In this document: one piece after another, positions 24,988 through 36,597 of the stretch
Layout of the letters: each line of letters starts with the position of its first letter
How positions within the stretch are numbered: the stretch's first letter is position 1
NCBI GenBank assembly: GCA_021432655.1
Contig: MU271506.1
Span: 1-51,847 of the forward strand
DNA length: 51,847 nt
DNA from: Atractiella rhizophila
Lineage: Eukaryota
Direction: 5' to 3'
Notes under the pieces: model-generated
Seen by the model: only the letters and a program-made list of their open reading frames with translations
Told to the model about the DNA's origin: nothing
Databases searched by the model: none
Program-made: the position numbers and the translations under genes

Positions 24988-25928
24988 ATGGCACCCCCAT
25001 CGAAGAAGCGACGCATTTCACCCCCTCCATTTCCCCTTCCTTCTTCCACAGTTCACTCAGCTGCAGGGTATGTCGAGTCTCCCTCAGTCTCCGAATGGGT
25101 TGATGGCTTCTGGTTCGTCTCTTTCTCCAAACTTACTCTTGTGGCTGTTGCTTCATATATTCATGAAACGACATAGGCAACACTCATTGGAGCAGATAGA
25201 GTCACTCCCTCTCACTGGAGAAGAGTACAAAAACCCTTCGCTTCCCTTGGCGAGGATCAAGAAGGTGATGAAGACGGACGAAGAAGTGAGGATGATAGCG
25301 CAAGAGGTTCCCATCTTGCTCGCGAAAGCCTGCGAATGTACGTACCCTTCCTCGAGACGGTGAATCAATGGAGTTGTGTGGGATGCGAGACCTGTGTTAA
25401 AAGCGCGTCGGGGACACAGTGTTCATTTACGAACTAACGGGGAGAGCGTACATCGTCGCAGATGCAAGCAAAAGGCGAACAATAACCAAGGAGGACATCC
25501 TGCGCGCGACTGGTGCTCTCCTCCTTGTACACATATGCATTGTTAACGCGATGGAGATAGAGAAAGATGCCGACCACCTTGATTTCTTAGTCGACATAAT
25601 GCATCGGGTCCGTCCTTATACCGCAACCTCCACCTCCTTCCCACCTGCTCCCTCCACCTCCGCCTTCCCCTCCTCTCCTCCCCTTCCAGGCACGTCCACC
25701 GCCGCCAGTATCAACCATAGCACAACATCTCCTACGTCCCCCGTAGTCGAATCTTCCGGCGGAGCGCTCAGCAAAGAAGTGTTCAATATAGTGGGGAGGG
25801 CAATAGTGGAACGGAAGGGGAAGGAGAGGGAGGAGAGGGAGAGGGAGAGGGAAGGAGGGGAAGGAGAGGATGAGAGTGATGGCATCTTGGGCATCTTCAC
25901 GAGGGAGGTTGAGGAGGAATACGATTAG
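24988..25928 (+). CDS. Histone-fold protein, NF-YC/Hap5-like CCAAT-binding subunit homologue
   Basis: FW|QHSLEQIE...LPLARIKKVMKTDEEVRMIAQEVPILLAKACE|LFIYELTGRAY...KRRTITKEDI...DFLVDI is the NF-YC core. N-terminal PSKKRR is NLS-like. Three introns. Confidence 0.9.
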
Positions 25929-26322
25929 TTCGTTTCCACGTCTCTATTCAGTTGACACCCGGACATGGAATCGGCATCATGAAACCTAGCATGGGATAGA
26001 AATAATTCTTCTCTGTTTGGATAAGACACCACGACCTTGCTTCAGGCCAGGCCAGTGCGCTTTTATTACTAGTTGACTAGAACTGGTGTACGACATTCTT
26101 CTTCGCAACGTCCTGAGTGAATGTACTGTGGCATCCGTTCTTCCACCAGCGCATTCAAGGAGTACTGTGTATCAAATTGCCACATTCTGTGACCTTTTCC
26201 AGTTGTGGATATGAACCAGCGTTTCTCAATAATGCTGCGAAGGAAATTGGCTGCGGAGAAACTTCTCAGGTCCAAACTTCTTATTGATCAGTTTTATTGA
26301 GAGAAGTTGATACACCTCATTC

Positions 26323-27456
26323 TTATCCTTTCGCGTCGCCCATGACGCCTTTAAGTATATCCTCAGCGGGGAAGCTCTTATGCTCATTCATCATCGCTAC
26401 CATCCGCCGGGCGATTGCTGGACTATGCTCCTTCGCCTTCTCATCTACAATATCAGAGTAGCGATCTGCAATGATGATCTTGCCCACTTTCACTGTAATC
26501 GGTCCAACCATACTTCAGTGATGCCGGTCTGAGCGGTGCGTCCGGTGATGATGCGTAAGGTGATGTCGTACCATTTATTGGAGACGGCTGGAGTGGTAAG
26601 AAAGTGGGACGTAGTCTCTGTTGTTAGGTTTGTTGTACTATCACCATATAAACTATTGAGTGCTGGGTGGCGGCCGGGATAAATGTAAAACGAAAGAAGG
26701 ACTGACATATGTCAAGTTCTTTCCAGAGTCATTGACGAGCCATTGGAGAGGAATGTTGAGGAACGCTGGTTTAGCTGTTGTAGCACGATACTGATGAAAC
26801 TGGAAACTGCATGGTTTCATGCTCGTTCAACCAGACTTGGTTCAATGAAGAGGGTTTAACATACACTCGATTGTCCTGCACGTTGCATGCCCGATCTTGG
26901 TGAGTGCAATCGACAGGTTGGGGAAGCCTAGTCATCAAAACTTCCTATGGCACCATGACAGATCTATCATTCATTCTCACGATGCATGGCAAGGGAAACC
27001 TACCAATTGATATAGTACGTCATCCCTTTCTTGAATACCCCCTTCCACCCTGCACCTCAGCTCGATCGTATTTCGCACCTTTGTGGAAGTTATAAGTCGC
27101 TGTAGATCCAGAACCAGAGATGAAGAAAGTTTGGTCTTGCGACTGATCGATACCGCTGCAGTTCGGGTATTCTGCTCACATCAGCGTATAAAACATCTAT
27201 GTCATGTGAGAAGGTTGTCATAATTCGGAGGAACCAACGTTTGGGACGTAAGTTGGGATTGTAATTACCAATATCGGAGACCTGTTCTCACCAAATTCAT
27301 TTATTCACCAGTTTTGGCTTGTGAGGACAGTGACAGGATGGGTGGATGAACCCTGGCTCCATCTTTCAAAGGATCGTAGATCTTAATGATCTTCCCTTGT
27401 GCTTCAATGCTGAAGACGGACTGGAAAAGGATCAGAGAGAGAATGTGGTGCAGCAT
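26323..27456 (-). pseudogene. Polysaccharide-lyase-like paralogue B, disabled
   Basis: Collinear with 36598-37898, but a 1-bp loss in a G-run at ~27038-27042 gives an early TGA, the first conserved Cys is now Arg (LRPK), and the TWD..PKW|GxYG segment is deleted at ~26502. Confidence 0.82.
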
Positions 27457-27475
27457 TGTGCTTTTAAGGAATGGT

Positions 27476-29169
27476 GCGTGACGGTTTTGACCAACAGAGA
27501 AGTCCAGAATTCGGAATTCAGAAAAAAAACGACGTTGAAAGAAGCAAAGGGCTTTTGTATTCCAGTGCACGGCGCACGTCTCAGGGGAAGACGGACCTTG
27601 CTTCAGAGAGGTAAAGAAGGCAAGGGAAATCCGCCGAGTCGGTAGAACCGATCTGAACTAGCTCAGTGAGGAACATGTTGCCCTAAGCCGAACATTGGTG
27701 GAACGCCACCTATCGTTGTATCGATAGCCTCATCAACGTTAGTACGGGCACTTCTCTTACATCTGAAGAAGGCGACCTAGTTCGCTTTTTTGATTATATA
27801 TAAGCAACACATTCAGAACAGACGTCGAAGTACGAATGTGGTATGTTGCATTTGTGTTTTGTGTTGTTCTTTACAACGTTAGGGAAAACACAGAAAACCA
27901 GGGATTAAGCCTATTTCCAGGTAGTTCAACGGCGTATTATAGCATTGGCAAACGAACTTCCCTGGTCTTTGCCTGAAATGCAATCGCAAAAGAATGTTTC
28001 TCCAGGATTAAAGACAACAATGCAACATTCCTGTGAGCACTGAGCACCGAAGCAGTCATAATACAATGTGTATACCTAGGCTTTACGCCCTGCTATCATT
28101 GGTCAATTTCTCCTGATCCTTCCTGGATAGCAGTGAACGGAAAGATTATATCAGTTAACACTCGACATATGCAGCGATTAGGACTCAAAGAATAGACCAC
28201 AATTCCCGTCTGCAGTCTGTGTTGTCGACAGCCTGTGCTGCCCCACTCGAGTGATGAACCTTTATACTGTGTAGATTGTGTAGATTGGCTAGGTCAGACA
28301 TGGCAATGATTAAAAAAAAAAAAAAAAAAAAGCGTGACGGTTTTGACCAACAGAGAAGTCCAGAATTGGGAATTCAGAAAAACAACGACGTTGAAAGAAG
28401 CAAAGGGCTTTGTATTCCAGTGCACGGCGCACGTCTCAGGGGGAAGACGGACCTTGCTTCAGAGAGGTAAAGAAGGCAAGGGAAATCCGCCGAGTCGGTA
28501 GAACCGATCTGAACTAGCTCAGTGAGGAACATGTTGCCCTAAGCCGAACATTGGTGGAACGCCACCTATCGTTGTATCGATAGCCTTCATCAACGTTAGT
28601 ACGGGTACTTCTCTTACATCTGAAGAAGGCGACCTAGTTCGCTTTTTTGATTATATACAAGCAACACGTTCAGAACAGACGTCGAAGTACGAATGTGGTA
28701 TGTTGCATTTGTGTTTTGTGTGGTTCTTTACAACGTTAGGGAAAACACAGAAAACCAGGGATTGAGCCTATTTCCAGGTAGTTCAACGGCGTATTATAGC
28801 ATTGGCCAGCAAACTTCCCTGGTCTCTGCCTGAAATGCAATCGCAAAAGAATGTTTCTCCTGGATTAAAGACAACAATGCAACATTCCTGTGAGCACTGA
28901 GCACCGAAGCAGTCATAATACAATGTGTATACCTAGGCTTTACGCCCTGCTATCATTGGTCAATTTCTCCTGATCCTTCCTGGATAGCAGTGAACGGAAA
29001 GATTATATCAGTTAACACTCGACATATGCAGCGATTAGGACTCAAAGAATAGACCGCAATTCCCGTCTGCAGTCTGTGTTGTCGACAGCCTGTGCTGCCC
29101 CACTCGAGTGATGAACCTTTATACTGTGTAGATTGTGTAGATTGGCTAGGTCAGACATGGCAATGATTA
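27476..29169. repeat. Tandem duplication, ~0.84 kb non-coding unit (27476-28312 and 28332-29169) joined by an A20 run
   Basis: Near-identical copies; poly(A) at 28312-28331 sits exactly at the junction. Confidence 0.95.
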
Positions 29170-30484
29170 GGTCAGTGCATGCGAAGGGAACTTGATGCTT
29201 AGTTAGCAAGCAAGGTGACAGCAAAATGTGCGTTTCAAACATAGTATGGGAGAGGGCAACTACTTCGATGACTGTCAGAAAATGATCGACATGCAGGCAA
29301 CATGAAAATGTAATCTGAATTATGACAGCTCGTCAAGGCACAAGCAGGGAAGAAAAGGCAGCAATACGGTTTTAGTCAACTGAACAGCCATCCCTTCGGG
29401 AATAGCTTGATGGCAACGGCAACAGGGAAACTAAACCAGAAGGGGAAGGCTCGCCTGCATCTTACAGTGCCAACTCGCGCTCGTTTGGAAACACACCTAA
29501 CATGCCTGACACTGGCAGTCATGAAACCCATTCACTTCCAATCCACCAAGCTCATTAAACATTTAGTACATCAGCGTTCTGTCAGCTTCGGTGCAAAAGT
29601 AGGTATTAGCCACAGTGCTCATGAGTTCGTGGATGAACGCATGGAGGAACTGAGGTTGTCAAATTTTTGAGAGGTTAATGTTACATCACGGATTGTATTT
29701 GAGTCAAGTTTGAGCGGTTTCTAGATCTGGTGGAAGTGACATTTAAGCCAGAATGCATATCTCTGTGAGATTTCTGCTTCATTATGTGTGGCCGTACAGT
29801 CTCCAGTCTATGCCCATGGGCGGCGGCTCTCTCGCAGTGTTTTGCCCCTGTAATGAACGGCTCACTATTCTCTTCCGCAGATGTCAATGTAACGGTCACA
29901 TCCCATGCGAGGATGATGTCCTTTTGACGAATAAGAAACTTGCACAGTACTGTGCCCTCGCAGATGTGAATTGATGTACATTGGTCTTGTTTGCGAGCCC
30001 TACCTTAAAAGAGTGCGCTGCCAAGTGAAACTCCATTTCGACATGTTTCAATGTCGTTCTCATTCGTCGCACTAGCAGGCTCGAATTGTCCCAAATGTGG
30101 ATTATTTTTCCCACGCGTTGTTCTACTTGTCCTCTGACTGCTACGCGCTGTTTTTATGGCATTCTTTTCATGTGTCACATCGGCATTATTTCTGGGGTAG
30201 AGTTGAAAGAAGTCGAGTAGTAAAAGCCAGCTTCGATGGGCTGATATGGAGCGCGTAGAACGCAGATGAGCCATAGCCGCAAGATTCCGTGAGGACAACA
30301 AACAGCTGCCACTCAACGAGATCAGGTATGGCAGAGATGGAGACGATGTCAGTATCCGCAGGCGGAGAGTAACTGGTGCGAATCAGCTTGGACTTTCCGT
30401 ATCAAGCAGTTGAACAGTGAGCATTGGATTTCATTGAGGCTGCTTCTTCCACACAGATTTACACCGGACATCAATATCTGCTGT

Positions 30485-31174
30485 ACAATATTAGACCAGT
30501 AAACCTTGCATTACGCGTAAGCGTTCCACGGCTTCCTTATGAACCTCTCTCACAATATCCTATGCGCTTTCAGTTTACCTTCACTGGCAAATAGCTTGAA
30601 CGACTTACTGCGGCTGGTTCAATCTTCTTCATACTTCCAACACCTGTTCCAGCCCAAATAACTGTCCACTCGCTGTCATCATCTTTGATCGCTTTACCAA
30701 GACGGCTTTTTATCTCGTCCTCCCCCAGAGATTCCCATTCGCCAATTGTGCGATTTTTGAGGCCTCGTCCATCGACACCTTCGGGCCAACCCAATGTCCC
30801 TCGAGCGATATCGAACTTCATAGTTCTCAAACAATATTAGACCAGTAAACCTTGCATTACGCGTAAGCGTTCCACGGCTTCCTTATGAACCTCTTTCACA
30901 ATATCCTATGCGCTTTCAGTTTACCTTCACTGGCAAATAGCTTGAACAACTTACTGCGGCTGGTTCAATCTTCTTCATACTTCCAACACCTGTTCCAGCC
31001 CAAATAACTGTCCACTCGCTGTCATCATCTTTGATCGCTTTACCAAGACGGCTTTTTATCTCGTCTCCCCCAGAGATTCCCATTCGCCAATTGTGCGATT
31101 TTTGAGACCTCGTCCATCGACACCTTCGGGCCAACCCAATGTCCCTCGAGCGATATCGAACTTCATAGTTCTCA
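30485..31174. repeat. Tandem duplication, ~345 bp unit (30485-30829 and 30831-31174) covering the 3' end of the nitronate monooxygenase gene
   Basis: Direct sequence match; copies differ by a few substitutions and a 1-bp indel at ~31065. Confidence 0.95.
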
Positions 31175-32037
31175 CGGTGCTCCCATGATCTGCAGAGACC
31201 AAAGCACGCTTAGAACCGGGAGATGAGAGAGATTCAGAAGCAAGGCAGAAGCGGGTTCCAAGTACGATGCCATCCGCTCCCAAGCCTAAAAGTGCGGCGA
31301 GATGTGCCCCGTGAACAAGACCCCCGGCGGCAAGCAGCGGAGGTCGATTCTCTCCAAAAGAGTCGTTGATGGATGGGATGAGGGAAAGCAGAGGCGGGGA
31401 AGAGCCAGATCCGTGCCCACCGGCTTCAATGCCTAAAAGCTCTCAATAAGCGACTGTCCTAATAGAATTAGGATTATCACACCTTGCGCAACAATCACGT
31501 CTACCTTCCATTGCTCAAGAGCTTCGGTAGCTTCTTGGACAGAATTGATCTGGACGAAAATCAGGACCTCTTTCCTAGCTTTTCTGGCAACTTCAATCCA
31601 TCGCCCAATTTGTGCGCCATTGCTTAACCAGATGGCTTTGCATTCCTTGGCGCATTCCGTAATGAGCTCCTCCGCTTCCTGCAAGGGCATCTGCTCGAGA
31701 ATCCAAGCAAGGGTTCCGACTCCAATCGGCAGTATGCTTGATGTCGGGAAGTGCGACCGAGCAATGGTGAGTTCCAATGTCAATTGATACTTGTTACGGA
31801 CTGAGACGGTTTTAGTAGCTTAGCCACTCAAGAGGAGGGTGCGTCACCTGCCATGAATCCAAAACCTCCAGCAAGGGATACCTGAGCAGCAAGCTCCCCA
31901 CCCGAAGGTCCCAACATTGCAGCTGAGACGACTGGCGTTTTGATTTCTAAGCTCCGTTTAGTTACCTTTGGATCACAGAATTGAGATAATAGCAAAAGTG
32001 TACCTAATAGAGTGGTGAGACGCGTGCGCAGCGCCAT
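30837..32037 (-). CDS. Nitronate monooxygenase / 2-nitropropane dioxygenase family flavoenzyme (frameshift at ~31065 as assembled)
   Basis: LRTRLTTLL|IKTPVVSAAM...GGELAAQVSLAGGFGF, VDVIVAQG|IEAGGHG, PLLAAGGL, LGADGIVLGTRF and WAGTGVG motifs. Confidence 0.92.
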
Positions 32038-32959
32038 TGCATGCAGAATAGAGAGTGACGGTTAGACGTCCTTTGATTCGTGAATACTGGTAAAGTAGCT
32101 AGTCTGATTGTTTGCAGTGCCTCCTTGAACCTCCTTCCCTTCACCGTCCCCTTAATAAAGGTCGAAGTTCTCCCGGATCCCACCCGGTCATCTCCGCAAC
32201 CGAATCGAAGAGGCAACGGCTGCCTAAGCTGCCCACTCAGTGAGGGTGGAGTTTGAGGAGCGGGGGCGTTAGAAGAACTTCGCTCGGTAATATGGCTGGG
32301 TCATCGACTTGAAGATGTTTGAGCAGTGTCTGGAACCATCTAGAAGCGACTTACCCTTGGCAGAAAAGAGGAGTGACAACTAATCCTGCAAGTTTCAAGT
32401 TGAAATGGTCGAAAGCACTGGTAACAAGATTTTGAACATCGTGATAGCAACAAACAACTCGGAGCTTCACCAGATTCATGATCCAGTATGATTTTAGGGC
32501 GAGGAGGGACTGGTTCGTCGCTTAATCAAATCTGACCTCAGGCCTCAGGCTTCAGGCTGTACTATTATTTTGGTTTTTGGGCACAGATTTGCTAGTAGAA
32601 CGGTGATTTCTGCTGTCAACTTGAGATTACACTGGTTGATGGAGAACTTTGAAATGCATCAGGAATCCCACACATTTCTTCATCAGGAATCCCAAATTTC
32701 TCAATGTCTTCCTATCTCTCCACATTTGTTGACATAGATGACAAGCGAAAGTCTTCGAAGACAATGCAACTGCGCCGTGGCGTAACGGTTGCTCCAGTTA
32801 TTATTCATCACGATTGCCATTACTTATTCCGTCTGGTGACGGCAGGTCGTCACACAATGATATCCTTCACAGGATTTTTAAATACAACTCGAAAAAATAC
32901 GACGCCCCAAATTTGCGAACAAATAACAGATGCTTAATGCAAACAAACAGCTACGTGGC

Positions 32960-34939
32960 TCATGACTCCATGTTGGCCTGCTTTTCAGGGTATGAAAGTT
33001 CCTCGTCGTCAAGCTGATCTCTCGCGCGGTAGTGTGGTCGGCCTTTAAAACTGACAGGCACTGTTTCCTGTGTAGTCTCAACGTCGGTTGTCACCTACAA
33101 ATAACATTAATTTTTCCTTTAAATTGGCACGTTGGCTTACCCCAACTCCACTGTGCTTCATAGATCCATTATATCGCGGATTTGAGTTACCAGCGGATGA
33201 TGAATCGCCCCTCTTGACTCGGTTGCGCGTTATAGTGTGGAACAGAATGAGAACCTGGCAGACATGAGTGCTCAACTGGCCAAGGCATTGATTCACTTAC
33301 CGAGTTGATGTATACCTCTGCAGTGCGGTATTCAGTTCAAAAGCTTCGCTTCTTGCAACATAGGCTCGAATACGCACTTGAGAGGATAAAGTTTACCCTG
33401 CAACCAAATTAGTTAGACAAGCGTGGAAAGTTGGTGAAGATGGGACGTACGCAAAATGATAAGGCTCTTCGGGGAAGATGACAGCAAGTAACATGTCTAG
33501 AAAATCAGTTACGGACAGGCAACTCTGTGAACGGACGAGTGCGTACCAGTCAACGCGCATACAGCTGAGAGTAGCTGCAGGGACCGATTATCTTGAGGCA
33601 GCAGAGCAAATGAACACTTACGCCAGACTCCAGACTACAACTCCATTCAGTGTTAAGTTAGGCGCAAGTAAAAAAAGCCTACCTGATAAATATCCACTTG
33701 TTGATGAGTGCATTGGTATCTTCGAAATCGGAGCGTTGAGATCGAAGGTAAATTACCAGAATGCTAGGACGTCAATTAAATTTGTCACTTCGAGTCAATT
33801 TTCCATCAGATGCGCACAGAGATAGAACGATATCCACGAATGCATCCCCGACTAGCCATGGAACTCTATACAAAAGCTCAGCGAGCGGGGCATGCGAGAG
33901 GCTAAGGAAGACCCACGGAAGTCTAAAGGGTGAACACCGTATCAGACCTCTACACGCCGACCATCAATGGCGTACGCACACTTTGATATCCTCTCCATAA
34001 TCGATTGGCCTCCGAAGGCCAACTCGCCCGGTGATGAGCGCGAAAACGGACTGCTCTGTGTGAGAATCGGAGGAAAAAGAAAGGACAGCACGAACCGCCA
34101 TAAGGCTGACAAGCAGGCAAAAGATCAGAATTGCAAGGACTACGCCTCTCCACTTCCAGTTCCGACTAATACGGTAGATTCTGACCATGTAATACAAATG
34201 ACAAGCAAGAGGGATGGCGGCGCCTGCTCAAATATTTAGAGATAATAGTTTGAAGGCGAGCAGACACAAGCACCGCCAATGGCTGAGGTGGCGTAGGTGA
34301 CCTTTGCTGCTGGAACAAACGCTGAAGATAAACCAAGCGTAACAGCCCCTTCAATGTTCTTCCAGAAGAACTCTCCCTTTGTAATTTGATCTGCGAGGTC
34401 CTACACACATTATTGGCATGTTCAGAGGTTCTGAGGATCGGAACCTAAGGCGTACGAGAATAGCGAATCCTGTAAGCACAAGGTAATTGTACGTTTCCTT
34501 GACCGTCGATCTTCTTAAAAGTCTGTACCGAAGTGAGAGAACTGTGCTCATGGAGCTGAGGTATTTACTTGAAGCAGTAATAGAACTGCAGCGATGATAT
34601 GCCAAAAAGGGCTGATCTGATGTCAGAAAACGGTCCATGGCTGCTCTGAACTGTTACGTACCAAAACAGAAGAACTGGCCCATGACCTGTTAGGGACAAT
34701 TGAGTGTTCGAGTTCAGTATCCACTCGACAAATCACTGACTAATGGGTAGACCTGCCAGTGGTGTCGAGTGAGCCATTAAGCAGAAGTTGCGCAGAGGAC
34801 GACAAAGCACACATTTTCAAACTGTATGATCAAGTCAGAACGAAGTGAAAGTGCAGAGGTCAGGATGTACCGCTAGTTCTTTGGTGTACGGGATTGGCGT
34901 CACCTCACCAGTCACAGGGTCGACAGGGGACGTTGCCAT
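32960..34939 (-). CDS. Multi-exon membrane protein, DUF6534-like basidiomycete family
   Basis: Exon fragments FGISSLQFYYCF, YYMVRIYRISRNW, WLVGDAFVDIVLS, ILVIYLRSQRSDFEDTNALINKW and FILSK|VYINS occur in the order typical of this family. Ends approximate. Confidence 0.65.
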
Positions 34940-36597
34940 GATTCGGCTCTTGAGCCTACCTGCAGCAGAAGTGGGAAGAGGTGACGAGCGACGACGAGAA
35001 GGAAGAATAAGAGCCCTTTTGTTGGAGCTCGTGACGAAGTGGGCTAGCACATAGCCGTAGGAACCGGACCAAACCAGAGACTTTTATGGAGGAAACAGAT
35101 TGCGATGAGCATTTCGAGCTTCAAACTTTGCGAGGTCTCGCTGACCTTGAGCTTGAAGCTAGGCCGAAAACTGCCTCTGAGATTTGGCGTAGTGAGGCGC
35201 TAAGCGGCGGGAAAATTGTCTAAGATCTCGACTCAATTCATACGGTCATGTCAACCCATTGGCTGAGCGCACGAAGAAACCACGACTTCTTCATCAATTC
35301 AAAGGGCATGTGCTTGTGAGAAAATATCAGGATTCGGTGTGAACTTCCCGTTTTAGCCAAGCCCCGACCAGTGTTGTGCGGTTGCCCGACCAGTGCGTGG
35401 CTCGCGAGCAAACGTGCTCGGTGCTGGAGACAATAAGAATGGAACCCAAATAGTAGTACCTTTGGGTACCTCAATGGTGGGAATGGAATGATGACTATGT
35501 GCTATCTAAGCAGGTCTAGGCGGAAAAATCCTGGCAAAGGAGAACAATGCAGGCACCACTTGCTGCCATGGTGAACACAACAACCGAGTGATCGGACCCG
35601 CATGTTGCGCGACAGTTGACCCCTGCGCTGGTCCTGCACTTCCCAGCTTCTTCCAGTAGGCAATTGATGATTTGGGTTTCCTTGACGTGTTGGTTGCGAA
35701 CACAAATTTGATACGTGTCTCGAATTGACCGCATAAGACGGAAGAGCATACCGATAACAGGATTGGTAAGTGGCAAGCAGGGCGGCCGTCGGTGGCCACA
35801 GCTGGCTGTGTTGGAATGAGAAATGGTACGGAGCAAAATTATTGATCTTCCCACCCAGGAATTAGAACGGCGGCGGAAATATTTGCACTTTTTGGACCTA
35901 AATATCTTTCCTTCGATCTTCTGTAAGGTGTTGTATACAACGGATGAAGGATTTCTGTTTCGCCAGCGGCCATGATATGTCCGGCAGTCTGTCGTCAATG
36001 CTCCACAATGTAACCGTGAATGAACGACAACCAGGACAGGGAAGTTATGGATCAAGCAAAATTAGAGATCTCTCAAACTTCAAGCTTCAACATGACTGGT
36101 CCCCTAATTGCAGTGAGAAGGAAACACTTACAACATCGTACTCCAGTCATGCTTCCCTGCCACAATCCCCTGACAACAGCCTCCGCGTCAAAGTCCCATG
36201 GTGAGATTAGAGGTGTGCCAGTAATCCACTCTATATTTGACTCGATTTGACTCTTTCGATTTCAGATTTCAGACCACCTGGTCATTTAGTTTAGTCTAGT
36301 TCGTAGTCATGGTGGGAATTTAAGATCGCCAGTCAAGCAAGGGGATGTCGAAAGTCTCTCGATGGCCACGGACGCATATTTTTCCTGATTGTTGTGTAAG
36401 GCCCTTACCTTAAACCACTTCCTTATCCACATCAAGATGCGATGTATCGCGATGGCTGTGGGATGATCCAGGCGGCTGGAGTTCAAATATAGAGGCGCTT
36501 GACGCGGTGCTCTCGACAACTTGAACTTGCGAGCAAGGAGAGTTTATGTAGAAGATACTGCATTATGGAACTGAATAGATCATAGTCATCCTCTAGG

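Larger units (their letters stand above)
22495..25179. repeat. Tandem duplication, ~1.34 kb unit (22495-23827 and 23828-25179)
   Basis: Near-identical copies with a ~25-bp indel (present near 24909, absent near 23577); junction CATAGGC-A-CGCTAACC. Confidence 0.95.

Noticed and set aside
29400..30320. Cluster of short ORFs on both strands
   Set aside because: No motif or consistent exon chain; at most a decayed relic.
32657..32695. Short direct repeat CATCAGGAATCCCA twice
   Set aside because: Isolated 14-bp local duplication in intergenic DNA with no further structure.
35500..36250. Overlapping 70-180 aa ORFs
   Set aside because: No recognisable domain and no coherent spliced model.
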